In this document: positions 38,704 through 52,020 of the stretch, piece by piece
How the letters are laid out: each line of letters starts with the position of its first letter
Numbering within the stretch: position 1 is the stretch's first letter
Assembly (NCBI RefSeq): GCF_044704955.1
Contig: NW_027252668.1
Span: forward strand, 3,534,001-3,598,000
Reading direction: 5' to 3'
Length of the DNA stretch: 64,000 bases
Origin: Pristiophorus japonicus
Lineage: Eukaryota
Made by a program: the position numbers and the translations under genes
Notes under the pieces: model-generated
What the model was told of the DNA's origin: nothing
What the model saw: the letters and a program-made list of their open reading frames with translations, nothing else
Databases searched by the model: none

Positions 38704-39393
38704 TCACAGCCCGACGGCCAATCATGTTTCAACCAATCACCGAGAGCGAAAGGGAAGGGCGGGGATTACTGGGCCATGATTGACTGAAATGAAACTGACA
38801 GTTCGTCAATTTCAAACAGCCCGCCAATTTCAGAGTCTCAAGGAACAGGGATTAAAGAAACTCGAATTTCCCACCAGCAATTTAAGATTCCGGCTCTTTA
38901 TAACCTCGATGGTGCCCCATTATAAATCACCAATCCCATTCTCTTTAACATTCCGGTTTGAATTCTGTCCCATTAATGATGGGTCTGTAGCGGGCGGGAA
39001 TAATTCCCCGGTCACTGCATCCTGTAAACACAAAGTCCCGCATCCATCCCGCCAGTGCCGTCCCGTTTCATCAATTGTCACACACAAAGCTCACAACATA
39101 ACAGGATTATCTGTGAGGGGAGACTGTAATCCCGCCCGCTGATTGTGACCGGGACACCCGGAGTTTCTAATCTCATATTAAACTATTGTTCTAAAATATT
39201 TAATAGTTCCCATATTCCTACAGCGACTGCACTGCAAAAGTACTTTATTGGCTTTGAGAAGTCCGATGGCCGTGTAAGGCGCTACATAACTCGGCGTGTT
39301 ACTTTCCATTAAATAAATAACTCAAATAATTTCCCACCCAAATTGTCCACAGAACCATCCCCAAGTCATTGCTGTCTTTGTGAGGCGGTGGGT

Positions 39394-39409
39394 GGCTCTT
39401 AAAAGAGCC
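39394..39409 (-). terminator. Histone stem-loop (H4)
   Basis: Minus GGCTCTTTTAAGAGCC-ACCCA. Confidence 0.95.
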
Positions 39410-39443
39410 TTTGTGTTGTGCTGGATGGAAAGGGTGGAGTTGT

Positions 39444-39764
<321 letters not shown>

Positions 39765-40423
39765 TCACTCAAACTGTCGCTGAATGAGGAACCAACTGCT
39801 CCTGGCTCCTTTTTTATAGAGCCGGCCCCGACCTGACTGAGAAAGCGCAGAGTGAGAGAGGCGGGAAGGGGAGGAGACAGAGTGAGAGGTTAAACAGAGA
39901 GCGCGGCAGGGGAGGAGACAGAATCAAGATTGAGAGACAGAGCAGAGCGCCGCCTCTGATCTTCCAGCTCCACCTCCAGCTTGCTACAACCGCCAATTTC
40001 AAATTGTTTTCTCCACAATACAACCGATACACAGCGCTCCGCACGAACCCTTACAGACTCGGAATTCATATTCAAGGCTTCCAGGGACCAGAAGCTTTTA
40101 AATAAGGTCCTGGTACAATTAACAATCAGGAATATTCCCGCCTATATAGTCCGTTCCCTGTCAATCTCAGACCTTATTCCATCTCCTCTCACAGACCGGT
40201 TCAGCACTTTACAAACACCTTATTCCAGCTGATTTTGAGAATCTGAAGTTTGGGGTTTGAGTTGTGAGGCGAGATATCGCCGCCAGTCCCATCGTCTCAC
40301 AGAGACTCTTCCCCCTGAATCTGTGAAATGACAATGACCAGGAACTGAGACTGGAGCCGGACTCAAACCCCAGTTACAGTGAGGCCCGGTCCGGACATTC
40401 CATTCTCTGTGTTTTATTGTAGG

Positions 40424-40598
40424 CACTGGGGGAGGGGTGGGTGCAGACACTGGGGGAGGGGTGGGTGCAGACACTGGGGGAGGGGTGTGTGTTGGCACTG
40501 AGGCACTGGGGGAGGGGTGGGTGCAGACACTGGGGGAGGGGTGGGTGCAGACACTGGGGGAAGGGTGGGTGCAGACACTGGGGTAGGGGCGGGTGCAG
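40424..40598 (+). repeat. 24-bp G-rich minisatellite
   Basis: CACTGGGGGAGGGGTGGGTGCAGA about 7 times. Confidence 0.92.
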
Positions 40599-40692
40599 CC
40601 AATGGCAACGAGTCACGAGGGATCCCGGGGTCATTTTCAATTATTTCTATCTGGAATCTGAGCCCGGGACAGGGATTATTTGATTCCGGGAT

Positions 40693-40733
40693 CAGCTCTT
40701 TTCTGAGAGGCGTGGGTGGCTCTGAGAAGAGCC
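40693..40733 (-). terminator. Histone stem-loop and HDE (H1)
   Basis: Minus GGCTCTTCTCAGAGCC-ACCCA at 40718-40733; AAAAGAGCTG downstream. Confidence 0.93.
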
Positions 40734-40767
40734 TTTGGGTTTAAATGTTTAGAAGTTGCCTTTTTAT

Positions 40768-41286
40768 TTACTTTTTGGGCGCTGCTTTCTTGACCTTTGC
40801 TGATTTGGACGTGGCCTTGACCCTCTGGTTCTCCACCTTTTTGGCCGCCTTCACTTTCTTGGGACTCTTGGGCTTCTTCACCGCCGCCTTCTTCCCAGCC
40901 GGCCCTTTCGCTGTCTTTTTTGCTGTTGGTGCCTTCTTGGTGCTCGTTTTCTTAGCTGCTGCTTTCTTTGCTGGAGATTTCTTGGCTGCTGCTTTCTTTG
41001 CTGGAGATTTCTTGGCTGCTGCTTTCTTGGCTGCTGGCTTCTTCACCTTCTTTCCCACTTTCTCCTGGGGATCCGTCTTAGCGATTTTGAAGGAGCCCGA
41101 GGCGCCCGTGCCCTTGATCTGCTTCAGGGAGCCATTCATCACATTCTTCTTAATACTGAATATGATCTGGGACCCGCGCTTCTCCACATCCACACCTTTG
41201 GCCGCCAGAGCCTTCTTTATCGTGGCCAGGGACATTCCTCTGCGATCCTTGCCATCGGCCACAACCTTGAGGATGTTGGTCGCCCA
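40768..41286 (-). pseudogene. H1: Histone H1, 5'-truncated
   Basis: Globular domain (GMSLATIKKAL..KQIKGTGASGSFK) and K/A-rich tail with SPAKK repeats; N-terminal tail, start codon and promoter absent. Confidence 0.92.
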
Positions 41287-41751
41287 GACACAGACAGATA
41301 CAGTATCAGTTTTACACTTTGTATCAGTGTCTCCATAATACGCTCAGTAACAGTGCCACACCTTCATGTATTGCACCAGAGAGAGAAACAGAGACATTAT
41401 CCGTCTTGCACTTCCAACAGTGTTTCCACATCACGCTAAATAACAGTATCCCGCCTTCACAACCAGTACAAGAGAGAGCGAATAGCAACAGAGAGTCAGA
41501 GAGAGAGGGGAGAGGTCTGAGCGAGAGACAGGAGAGTGCGAGGTCGGGCGGTGAGACACAGAAAGACATGCACAGTATCAGTTCCAGACTGACCTGTGAA
41601 GTCCCGTTTTATTCTGGAGAGACAGAAGATGAAGTCTCCTCTCTCACTATATTGTACCAGAGACAGAAACATTATGAATCCCACACTGCGGGACAGTGTC
41701 AGAGAGTGAGAGAAACAGTGTCCCACATTTATCACTTGCTTGGCTATGATC

Positions 41752-43755
41752 AGAGCAGGAGTAGGCCATTTGATCCCTCGAGCATGCTCTGCCATTCAAT
41801 AAAATCATGGCTGATCTGATCATGGACTCAGCTCCACTTCCCTGCCCGCTCCGCATAACCCTTTTGTTATATCTGTATACTTGTATTTACTCTGTACAGT
41901 CACCGAGGGCTCATCCCATGGAGTCCCAAGGATCCCATAATCCTTTGGGAGCACAGGTATTTAAGGAGGCTTCCCAGGTTGGAGAGGCACTCTGGAGACC
42001 TGCAATCAAAGACAGAGGTCACACTTTACTTTGAGCTCACAGTGTTCAGTCTGACTCTTTCTCCACAAACAACAACTTTACTCCATTATCGCTCAAAAAT
42101 CTGACTATCTCCGCTTTAAATATATTCAATGACCCAGGCGCCACAGCTCTCTGGCGCAGATAATTCCATAGATTTACAACCCTCTGAGAGAAGAAATTCC
42201 TCCTCTTCCCAGTTTTAAATGGGCAGCCCCTAATTCTAAGATTATGTCCCCAAGTTTTAGTTGCCCCTATGAGTGGAAATATCGTCTCTGTATCCACTTT
42301 GTCAAGTCCCCTCATTATCTTATAAGTTTCAATAAGATCACCTCTCATTCTTCTGAACTCCAATGTTTTTAGGCCCAATCTACTCAAACCTATCCTCATA
42401 AGTCAATCGCTTCATCTTCGGAATCAACTGAGTGAACCTTCTCTGAACAGCCTCCAATGCAAGTATATCCTTCCTTAAATACGCAGACCAAACTGTACAC
42501 AGTACTCCAGATGTGGCCTCACCAATACCCTGTACAGTTGTAGCAGGACTTCTCTGTTTTTATACTCTATCCCCCTTGCAATAAAGGCCAACATTCCATT
42601 TGCCTTCCTGATTACTTGCTGTACCTGCATGCAAACTTTTTGTGTTTCATGCACAAGGATCCCCAGATCGCTTTGTACTGCTGCACTTTGCAATTTTTCT
42701 CTATTTAAATTATAATTTGCTTTTCTATTATTTCTGCCAAAGTGGATAACCTCACGTTTTCCCACATTATACTCCATCTGGAAGTAGACCTGAGTCCATG
42801 ATCGGATTAGCCATGATCACACTAAATGGCGGACCAGGCTCGAGGGATTATATGGCCTACTCCTGCTCCTATTTCTTATGTCCTTATGGGCCACATTTAT
42901 GCTCACTCACTTAGCCTGTCTATATTCCTTTGCAGATTTTTTGTGTCTTCCTCACAATTTGCTTTCCCACCCATCTTTGTATCATCGGCGAACTTGGCTA
43001 AATTAAACTCGATCCCATCATCCAGGTCATTAATATTGATTGTAAATAGTTGAGTACCCAGCACCAATCCCTGCGACACCCCACTAGTTACTGTTTGCCA
43101 ACCGGAAAATGACCCATTTATCTCGACTCTCTGTTTTCTGTTCGTTAGCCAATCCTCTATCCAAGCATATATTATTCCCAATCCCGTGAGCTTTTATCTT
43201 GCGCAGTAACCTCTTATGTGGCACTTTATCGAATGCCTTCTGAAAATCCAAATACACCACATCAACAGGTTCCCCCTTATCCACCCTGCTCGTTACATCC
43301 TCAAAGAACTCCAGCAAATTTGTCAAACATGATTTCCCTTTCATAAAACCATGCTGTTTGATTGAATCATGCTTTTCCAAATGTCCTGCTACTGCTTCCT
43401 TAATAATGGACTCCAGCATTTTCCCATTGATAGATGTTAGGTTAACTGGGTGATAGTTTCCTGCTTTTTGTCTGCTTCCTTTTTTAAATAAGGATGTTAC
43501 ATTTGCGGTTTTCCAATCTGCTGAGACCACCCCAGAATCCAGGGAATTTTGGTAGATTACAAACAATGCATCCACTATCTCTACAGCTACATTTCATAAG
43601 ACCACAGGATGTAAGCCATCAATTCCAGGCGACTTGTCCGTCTTTCGTCCCATTATTTCACCGAGTACTACTTCATTCGTGATAGTGATTGTAATAAGTT
43701 CCTCCCTACATATAACCTCTTGATTATCCACTTCGATATTACTCTCAGTGACCGA
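41752..43755 (-). mobile_element. CR1 fragment, unit B paralog of 14249-16045
   Basis: RT ORF fragments and the same nested tail. Confidence 0.92.
41865..42074 (+). mobile_element. Solo LTR inside CR1 3' UTR
   Basis: TGT..ACA termini, flanks CCTTT/ACTTT, absent from unit A near 14375. Confidence 0.75.
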
Positions 43756-43768
43756 GTGGTTGACTCTA

Positions 43769-44028
43769 ATAGAAACATAGAAACATAGAAAATAGGTGCA
43801 GGAGTAGGCCATTCGGCCCCTCCAGCCTGCACTGCCATTCAATGAGTTCATGGCTGAACATGCAACTTCAGTACCCCATTCCTGCTTTCTCGCCATACCC
43901 CTTGATCCTCCTAGTAGTAAGGTCTTCATCTAACTCCTTTTTGAATATATTTAGTGAATTGGCCTCAACAACTTTCTGTGGTAGAGAATTCCACAGGTTC
44001 ACCACTCTCTGGGTGAAGAAGTTTCTCG
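43769..44028 (-). mobile_element. Young CR1 3' end, unit B only
   Basis: (ATAGAAAC)n tail. Confidence 0.9.
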
Positions 44029-44449
44029 AACTAAACTAATCTCGAACTATTTCTGTCAGATATTAACTCCTGCGCGGTCCCAGCAAAAACTTCCACTCCC
44101 TCGTCCCTCCGATGTTTTTGCAGGATTGCTTTGTGAAGACAGCTGAATGGGGAGAAATTACAACATGCTGCGGTGCAGAGGGACCTGGGGATCCTTGTGC
44201 ATGAAACTTTTTTGGAGTTTACCTGAAAAACATAAACATTAATCTGTGCCCCCCGACCTGGATGACACACCAGACATTTACAAGGCCCTTTTTTCATTTT
44301 TTTTTTTTTTTGTGTTTTTCTTTTTTGGGGTTTTTTTTTTTGGGCACTAATATCACATTTTTTTTTTCCAGTGCCCCCTATAAAAGGGGAGGGGGACACT
44401 AAAAGCACCGGCAATTAAAACAAATTAAACTTTAAAACATAAAATCAAA

Positions 44450-47400
44450 TTAAAATTTGGTTGCCGGGCGTGATGATGCACTCCAGTCCCTCCGGTGCCC
44501 ACCTCTCGCGGAAGGCCACGAGCGTACCGGTGGACACCGCGTGCTCCATCTCCAAGGACACCCTGGACCGGATGTAAGAGCGGAAGAGAGGCAGGCAGTC
44601 AGGTTGAACGACCCCCTCGACCGCCCGCTGCCTGGACCGGCTGATGGCACCCTAGGCCGTGCCCAGGAGCAGTCCTACGAGGAAGCCCTCGGACCTACCC
44701 GCTCCCCTCCGCACAGGGTGCCCAAAGATCAGGAGAGTGGGACTGAAGTGCAGCCAGAATTTCAGGAGCAGCCCCTTTAAATAATAAAACAGGGGCTGCA
44801 ACCTCGTGCACTCAATAAAAACATGGAACACGGACTCCTCCAGACCGCAGAAATTGCAGGCGGCCTGGGAGTCCGTGAACCGGCTTAAAAATTTGTTGCA
44901 CGGCACTGCTCCGTGCACCACCCTCCAGGCCAAGTCCCCGATGAATAGTGGGAGGACTCCCGCATAGAGTGCCCTCTATCGGGGACCACTGCCTCCTCCG
45001 GACGGCAAGATGGTACGCCATGGCGTGTCCGGACGGCCGGCGAGGATGGAAAAGTTGAGAGTGTGCAGGAGCAGCCCATACAGGAAACCCCTCCGCGCGG
45101 AACTGAAAAGCACGGAGGAGATTTCCCCGAGGCGGCTCAAGTTGTGAGGCGCCGGCCCCCGAGGGAGGTTCCGGGGTTTGGCGCCGATGAGGAATTCCGT
45201 CCGGACGGGGGTCAGTTCGGACGGGATCTCCCCACGTGCTTGAGCCTCCTTGATGCACCTAACAGAGTCAGGGCCCAAAGCTGTTTTTAGCGACTCGATG
45301 GCTTTGGCCGCGCGGCGGACGTCGGCTGAATTTAGGCGCCACGCCAGCGTGCCTGGCGCCATCCAGCCCGCTCCTCCGCCATCGAGCAGGTCCCTGACCC
45401 TGGTCACCTCACCAGCCACAGCCCTCTCCTCCGACCGCCACATAAAACCTCGGTCGTGGAGGTACGGATTCCCGAGCAGCGGCTCCTGCAGGACAGCCGC
45501 CACTCCAGCCGGCGGAGAGCTGCGCTTGGTGGAGACTTTGTTCCAGACCCTGATGAGTTCCTTGTAAAAGACAGGCAGCTCCCGGAGGGCGGTCCTGACA
45601 CCCCCCAAGTTCATAAACAGGAGCTGCATGTCGTAATTGAGGTCGCGCTGCTGGCGGAAGAAATACGTCGCCAGAGCACACCACCTAGGAGGGGGCTCGA
45701 CGTAAAGGTATCTCTGCAGGGTCTGAAGACGGAAAGTCGCGAGCTGGGCGCTGACGCACACAACGACTGACCGCCCTCCTCAAGCGGGAGACTCAAGACC
45801 GCGGCAGAGACCCAGTGCTTCCTGTTGTTCCATAAGAAGTCCACCAGCTTCTTCTGTAACTTGGCGACAAACGCAGGGGGAGGGGTCAAAGTGACCAGCC
45901 GGTACCACAACATTGCGGCCACCAGCTGGTTTATGACTAGCGCTCGACCCCTGTAGGACAGCACTCGGAGCAGTCCTGTCCAGCGCCCTAGGCGAGCGAC
46001 GACCTTGGCCTCCAGCTCCTGCCAGTTCGCCGGCCAGGCTTCCTCGTCGGGGCTAAGGTAGACTCCCAGATAGAGGAGATGGGTCGTACTCCAGGCAAAA
46101 GGCCTGAGCTCCTCCGGCAGGGAGTCCACCCGCCACTGACCCACCAGGAGTCCGAAACATTTCTCCCAGTTGATCCTGGCGGAGGACGCGGCCGAGTAAA
46201 TCTCCTGGCACTCACACATCCTCCGCAGGTCAGCGGGATCCTCTACCGCGAGGAGCACGTCATCGGCATAAGCCGAGAGGACGACCTCCACGCCCGGCCC
46301 TTGCAGAGCCAGTCCCGTCAACCTCGTCCGCAGGAGGCGCAGGAAAGGCTCCACGCAGATGGCATATAATTGGCCGGACATGGCGCATCCCTGGCGCACC
46401 CCTCTCCTAAAGCGAAGGGGCGCCATCAAGGACCCGTTAACCTTAATCAGACACTCTGCGGCGGCGTACAAAAGTCGGATCCGGGCGACGAAATACGTCC
46501 CGAACCCGAAAGCGTGCAGAGTTCCGAGCAGATAGTCGTGATCCACCCTGTCGAACGCCTTCTCTTGGTCGAGAGATAGGAAGGCGACCGACAGACCAGC
46601 CTCCTGGGAATGATTGATGAGGTCCCGGACCAGATGGATGTTGTCGTGGATTGTCCGGCCCGGGACCATGTAGGACTGGTCGGGGTGGATCATGTGGTCC
46701 AGCACGGCACCGAGGCGAGCATACATCGCCCTGGCGAAGATCTTGTAGTCCGTGCTGAGGAGGGAGACCGGGCGCCAGTTCTTAAGGAGGTGGAGATTGC
46801 CCTTCTTAGGCAGCAGGACGATGACTGCCCTGCACCAAGAGAGGGGCATCTCCCCGGTCGCCAGACTTTCCCCCAGGACCCGCGCGTAGTCGCTCCCCAG
46901 GACGTCCCAGAATGCCCTGTGGAACTCCACGGTCAGCCCGTCCAGCCCCGGGGTTTTTCCCCTCGAGAGCCGGTCGAGGGCACCGGTCAGCTCCGCCAGG
47001 CTTAGCGGAGCTTCCAAATTTTCACCGCCCTCCGGGCTGACTTTCGGCAGGTCCTCCCACAAAACTCTATGCGCTTCCTCGCTGGACGGATCCGGAGAGA
47101 ACAGAGCCCCGTAATATTCACGGGCCCTGTTGTTGACGCCCTCCGGATCCAAGACGAGAGAGCCGTCGTCGGCCAGCAGCGTCAAGAGCTGCTTGCGGAC
47201 ACTCTGCCTTTTTTCCAGCGAGTAGAAGAATAGGGAGCCGCGGTCCAGATCCCACAGGAACCGGATCCGCGACCTCACGAACGCGCCTCGGGACCCGACG
47301 AGCTGCAGGTCCTTCAGCGTGGCCTTCTTCGCTTCGTACACCGTCCGCAGGGCCGGGTCCCCGACGACTTGACCGAGACGGGACTCCAGGTCGAGCACCT

Positions 47401-48343
47401 CTTTTTCTAGGCGCCTGACCCTGGCTGCCGGCCTCTTGGTCGACCCCCTCGCGTACTCTTGACAGAAGACGCAGACGTGAGCCTTGCCCACGTCCCACCA
47501 TAGCCTCAAGGAGGGGAAGCCCCCCTGCTTCCTTCTCCAGTTGGCCCAGAATCGACGGAACGAGTCCTGGAACCGCTCGTCCTCCAGCAGCCGGTTGTTA
47601 AAGTGCCAGTACGCGGACCCCATCCTTGCGCGGAGCGAAGCAAGCTCCGCCCACACCAGGTGGTGGTCCGAACACGGCACCGGCCGCATGGAGGCCGCCG
47701 GGACGCAGGAAACGTTCGCCCGAGACACGTAAAGGCAGTCGACTCTGGACCATCCTACTCCAGGCCTCACCCAAGTAAAGGCGCTGGAGTCGGGATGGAG
47801 ATTTCGCCAGACGTCCACCAAGTCGAAGGACCCGACCAGGTCCCTCAACTTCCCCATCGCCGTCATGCTCTGCGGGGCACCGGAGCGGTCCCTCGCCTCG
47901 AGGGTGCAGTTAAAATCCCCCCCGAGGACAATGCAGTCGCCGACGTCGACGGAGCCAAGAAGAGCGGACACCTCTTCGAAGAAGCGCATTTGCTGCGGGC
48001 CTGGCTGAGGGGCGTACACGTTCATGAGATGGAGCGGCACGTCCCCCAGGCGAACCGTTACGTGCAGCAAGCGGCCTGGCATGGGCTTCTCGACCCCCAA
48101 GATCTCCGGCTAAAAATGCAGGGCCAGCAAGATGGCCACCCCACTAGAAGTGGCGGTGAGGTGGCTCATGCGGACCTCTCCTTGCCATTCCAGGAGCCAC
48201 GTGGCTTCGTCTCCCGGAACGGTGTGGGTTTCTTGCATGAAGCACACCGCATATTTCCCCTCCAGCAGGAGCGAAAAATTGTTAAATCTACGGCGTGCCT
48301 CTTTGCCGCCGTTGATGTTGAGGCTGGCTATGGTTATCTCCAT
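44450..48343 (-). pseudogene. Tx1 ORF2 (APE endonuclease, RT, zinc ribbon), disrupted
   Basis: SLNING, QETH, GGDFN, SDH; WRPVSLL, KAFD, QGCAMS, YADD; CNFC..HVFIEC; stops at 48110 and 44976 plus frameshifts. Confidence 0.95.
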
Positions 48344-48368
48344 GACAAAAGCATAGTGTAACCTCTAC

Positions 48369-50470
48369 CTAACCTATTGTTGGGGGGGGGAGTGGAGTCG
48401 TTTGCTGACCTCCACTCCTTCAGCAGCCCAGCGAGGAACTTTTTGAGCCGGCGCAGCTCAAGGCCTTGCATCTTTGATAAGGGCCCGCCCGCGGCCATGG
48501 TTTTAGCGGCGGCGCGGACGGAAGCGATGAGCAGCCCCGGCTCGGATCATCTTTCCCGGACCAGATGGGCTCGGTTGCGGCGACCCTGGCTCTCGACAAA
48601 AAAGTCCCGGAGTACCTCTACGGGAATGAGGGGGGACTCAGCGGCGGGCACGAGGAGATCCACCGCCTCACTGGCGATGGACTCGAGATCTTCACCCGCG
48701 TCCTCCACCGAGTCCCCGTCCTCCTCCGGGAGGTCGCCGCTAGCAGCCGGCCCGTCGACCGCACGAGGTACGGCAAACGGCCCGGCCGCTCCATCCGGCC
48801 CTGGCTCTGCCCCGATCCCACCCCCAGGATCGTCGGCAGAGGAGTCCCCACTGGGCTCTTTTAGAATTGGTGCTGGGTCGGGGAGCGACAGCGGAAGGGG
48901 TTCCTCCTCCGCCCCAGGAACCGGGAAACACGGAGAGACCTGGTCAAAGAAATGAACCAGGTCCTCCAAGTCCCCCAGCCCCAAAGTAGGGGGCGAGGGT
49001 TGTTGTTTTTCCCCTTCTCCGCTGCCACCCCCCGGCCCAGCGTGTACAGATTCATTAAAATTGCTAATACTTTGTATTTCTGCCGGGTCGAGCAAGTCCC
49101 GGGGGAAGTTGGATATTGGCTGGGCGGGCTCGGGTTCGGCCTTTTCGGCCCCGCCCGCCTCAGTCCCCGGGACGCTCGACCCGGCGGCAACGCATTCCTC
49201 TGCTGGCCCCACGCCCCCCATGACAGGCAGATCTTTCACACCATCCCCGGGAGGCAGCGGCTGGGCAGCCTCGACTGTCCCACCCTCCCCGGGGACAGAT
49301 TCCTCGCGCCTATGGCACGGTTTGGGGGCGCCGGTGGGGGACGCGTGACACGCGGCGGGCACCGACTCCTCCGCGGAGGGATGTTGTTCCCCCCCCGCCT
49401 CATTGGAGCGGCGCCTCCTTTTGTTCCTGGGGGGGGCGCGGAGGCAGGGAGACCTCCATGTCTGCCGAAGCCTCCCGCTCCACCCACCCCTTTTTCTTGT
49501 CTTGCCCGCGCCCGAGCCCCTCTGTGATACTGATCAAGGGCTCGGGCACGGGCTCAGGGCACCCCGCGCTCGCCGGTGACGGGGTTGGGCCGAGCGCGGT
49601 AAATAGATTATCTGGTGCACTGAGGGGACCCGCCTCTAGATGTTTCGTCTTCTTCCGTGCCTTCTTTCCGGTCGGACGCTCTCCCTCCCCCCCACCGGAG
49701 GCCGTGAAAACAAAGGCCTCCGACGATGCCTGCGCACCTATGGCTCCCGGCACGCGGACGCAACTAGGGGGAGGGGTGGCGGCGGCGCCAGCCTTGGCCG
49801 CCTTTGGTGGTTTGGCGGCTTTGGAGGCGGGGCAGTTCTTGCGAACATGCCCCACCTCCCTACAGGCATGGCACCGCACGCCGTCCGATGTCCAGAAGAC
49901 ACGGTAGGCATTCCCCTCGTGCACCACATTAAAATTGCCCTCTGTTGTCTCCTCCCACGCCAGCCGGACAAAGAGCTGGCGGCGGAAGGAGAACACATGG
50001 CGCAGGCTGTTCTCCCTGAGGCCGAGCGGTATGGGGTTGATCCCCGACCTTACCTCCCCCAGTTGGTGTCGGTGAGGGAGGAGGAGCTCAGCGGGAACAA
50101 AGGGCGGGACATTCGATAGAATGACCCTCTGCGCGGTGGCCTCGAGAGGGTCCACCGGCAGGAACGCCCCGCCCACCGTGAGCCCCTTTTCAATGGCCAG
50201 GGACACCGCTCGCTCCGACCCCAGGAAGAACACGGCCTTCCCAGACATCTTGGAGGCTGCGACAATGGCCGAGGGGCCGACTACCCCAGCCATCGCCCGC
50301 ACGCACTCAATGCTCATTGTGGGGTGAGTGTAGCTCTTGACCCCGTTTTTCTTTGTAATGAGTCTGAAAGGTGGCAGGGCAGCAGGTGGCGCAGGAGGTG
50401 CCGTGGATGTGGACGCCGCCTGCGCATATGTCCTAGCTGGCCCTGCCACCGGCGTAGATGGGGTCGCCAT
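48369..50470 (-). pseudogene. Tx1 ORF1, frameshifted
   Basis: YAQAA motif, VILSNVPPF, zinc knuckle CHACREVGHVRKNC; continues in ORF 48547..49362; 3' end approximate. Confidence 0.9.
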
Positions 50471-51378
50471 CACGGGGTCCCTTTAAGGGCCACACCCACC
50501 CCAAAGTCACAGGCCTTAATGGTCTTAAGTGGCCTCGTTTGAATGTATGAACAGAGGGAGCTCTGAAAGAGGCACACCTCTCCCCTAGTTGGCAATTGGG
50601 GAGGGGCCTTGCTCCCTCTGCTCAGTTGTTTTAATTGTTTTTTATTAAAAAATTAGGAGGAAGGGCTCTCAGAGAGAGAGGGGAGAGACAGAGAGAGAGA
50701 GATAGAGTGAGGGGGTGTGGGAAAGAGGGAGGCTGCGAGGGCAGGTCTCCCCTCACAGCAATGGGTGGGTGCACTCCCCAGATGGCAAAACAAAACACAG
50801 TCTTTGGGGTGGGGGGAGAAGATGTCTTCACCTGGGGCAGCTGGAGCCACACAGGCACACACACCCAACGATGTTAACCAGGGTAATCAATAGTTATCAG
50901 CCTGGTAGCTCCAACTATCCCAGGCTAGGCAATGGGGGAGGGGAGCTTCAGTGGTGTGTGGGGCCTAGTTGTAAGCAAGAACCCCACACACACTTCCACA
51001 CACACACACCCCCCGCGATGTTCCGGCCCTTGAAAGGTCTTCCTTTCTCCCCCCACCAATAAAACAATGTCTTTCGGGGAATGCACCAACACCCACCTGC
51101 AGAATATTGCAGAATCTCCCTCCCTCCACACAGGTTGTTGCTCTTTCCACTCTCTCCAACTCTCTGTAGCAGTAATAAAGTTGGTAATTTTTCTGCGCTC
51201 CACCTCTCCCTCCGGATGTTGATTGGGTAGCAAGCCAGCCCTTCCCTCCTATTCCTGGGCTGTTCTCAGGGCTCACTCCAGACAGGAGCAAAGCAGGTAG
51301 CTCCTTCTCTCTCTGCAGCTTAGCTCCAACTGAATAGGCCACGCCTCCACTGCTCCACCATTGGCCCTTGTGCATGAG

Positions 51379-52020
51379 ACTCTTTTAGGAGTAAACAAAA
51401 AACATTAAACCGTGCCCCCCGATCTGGGGGAAACACCAACATTTACAATGCCCTTTTTTATTTAATTTTTATTTTTTGGGGTTTTTTTGGGCACAGAATT
51501 GAATTTTTATCCAAGTGCCCCCTACAAAAGGGGAGCGGGACACTAAAAGCACCGGCAATTAAAACAAATTAACTTAAAAACATAAAGTCAAATTAAAATT
51601 TGGTTGCCGGGCGTGATGATGCACACCAGACCCTCCGGTGCCCACCTCTCGCGGAAGGCCGCGAGCGTACCGGTGGACACCGCGTGCTCCATCTCCAAGG
51701 ACACCCTGGCGCGGATGTATGCGTGGAAGAGAGGCAGGCAGTCTGGCTGAACGACCCCCTCGACCGCCCGCTGCCTGGACCGGCTGATGGCCCCCTTGGC
51801 CGTGCCCAGGAGCAGTCCTACGAGGAGGCCCTCGGACCTACTCGTTCCCCTCTGCACAGGGTGCCCGAAGATCAGGAGTGTGGGACTGAAGTGCAGCCAG
51901 AATTTCAGGAGCAGCCCCTTTAAATAACAAAACAGGGGCTGCAACCTCATGCACTCAATAAAAACATGGAACACGGACTCTTCCAGACCGCAGCAATTGC
52001 AGGCGGCCTGGAAGCCCGTG
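51379..52020 (-). mobile_element. 5'-truncated second Tx1 copy, head-to-tail with the long copy
   Basis: ORF 51588..52133 closely matches the ORF2 C-terminus; 3' UTR is related but diverged. Confidence 0.95.

Larger units (their letters stand above)
44206..51365 (-). mobile_element. Apparently full-length (~7.2 kb) Tx1-clade L1-type retrotransposon
   Basis: 5' UTR, ORF1, ORF2 and 3' UTR; TSD CCTTGTGCATGA at 44193-44204 and 51366-51377. Confidence 0.95.
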
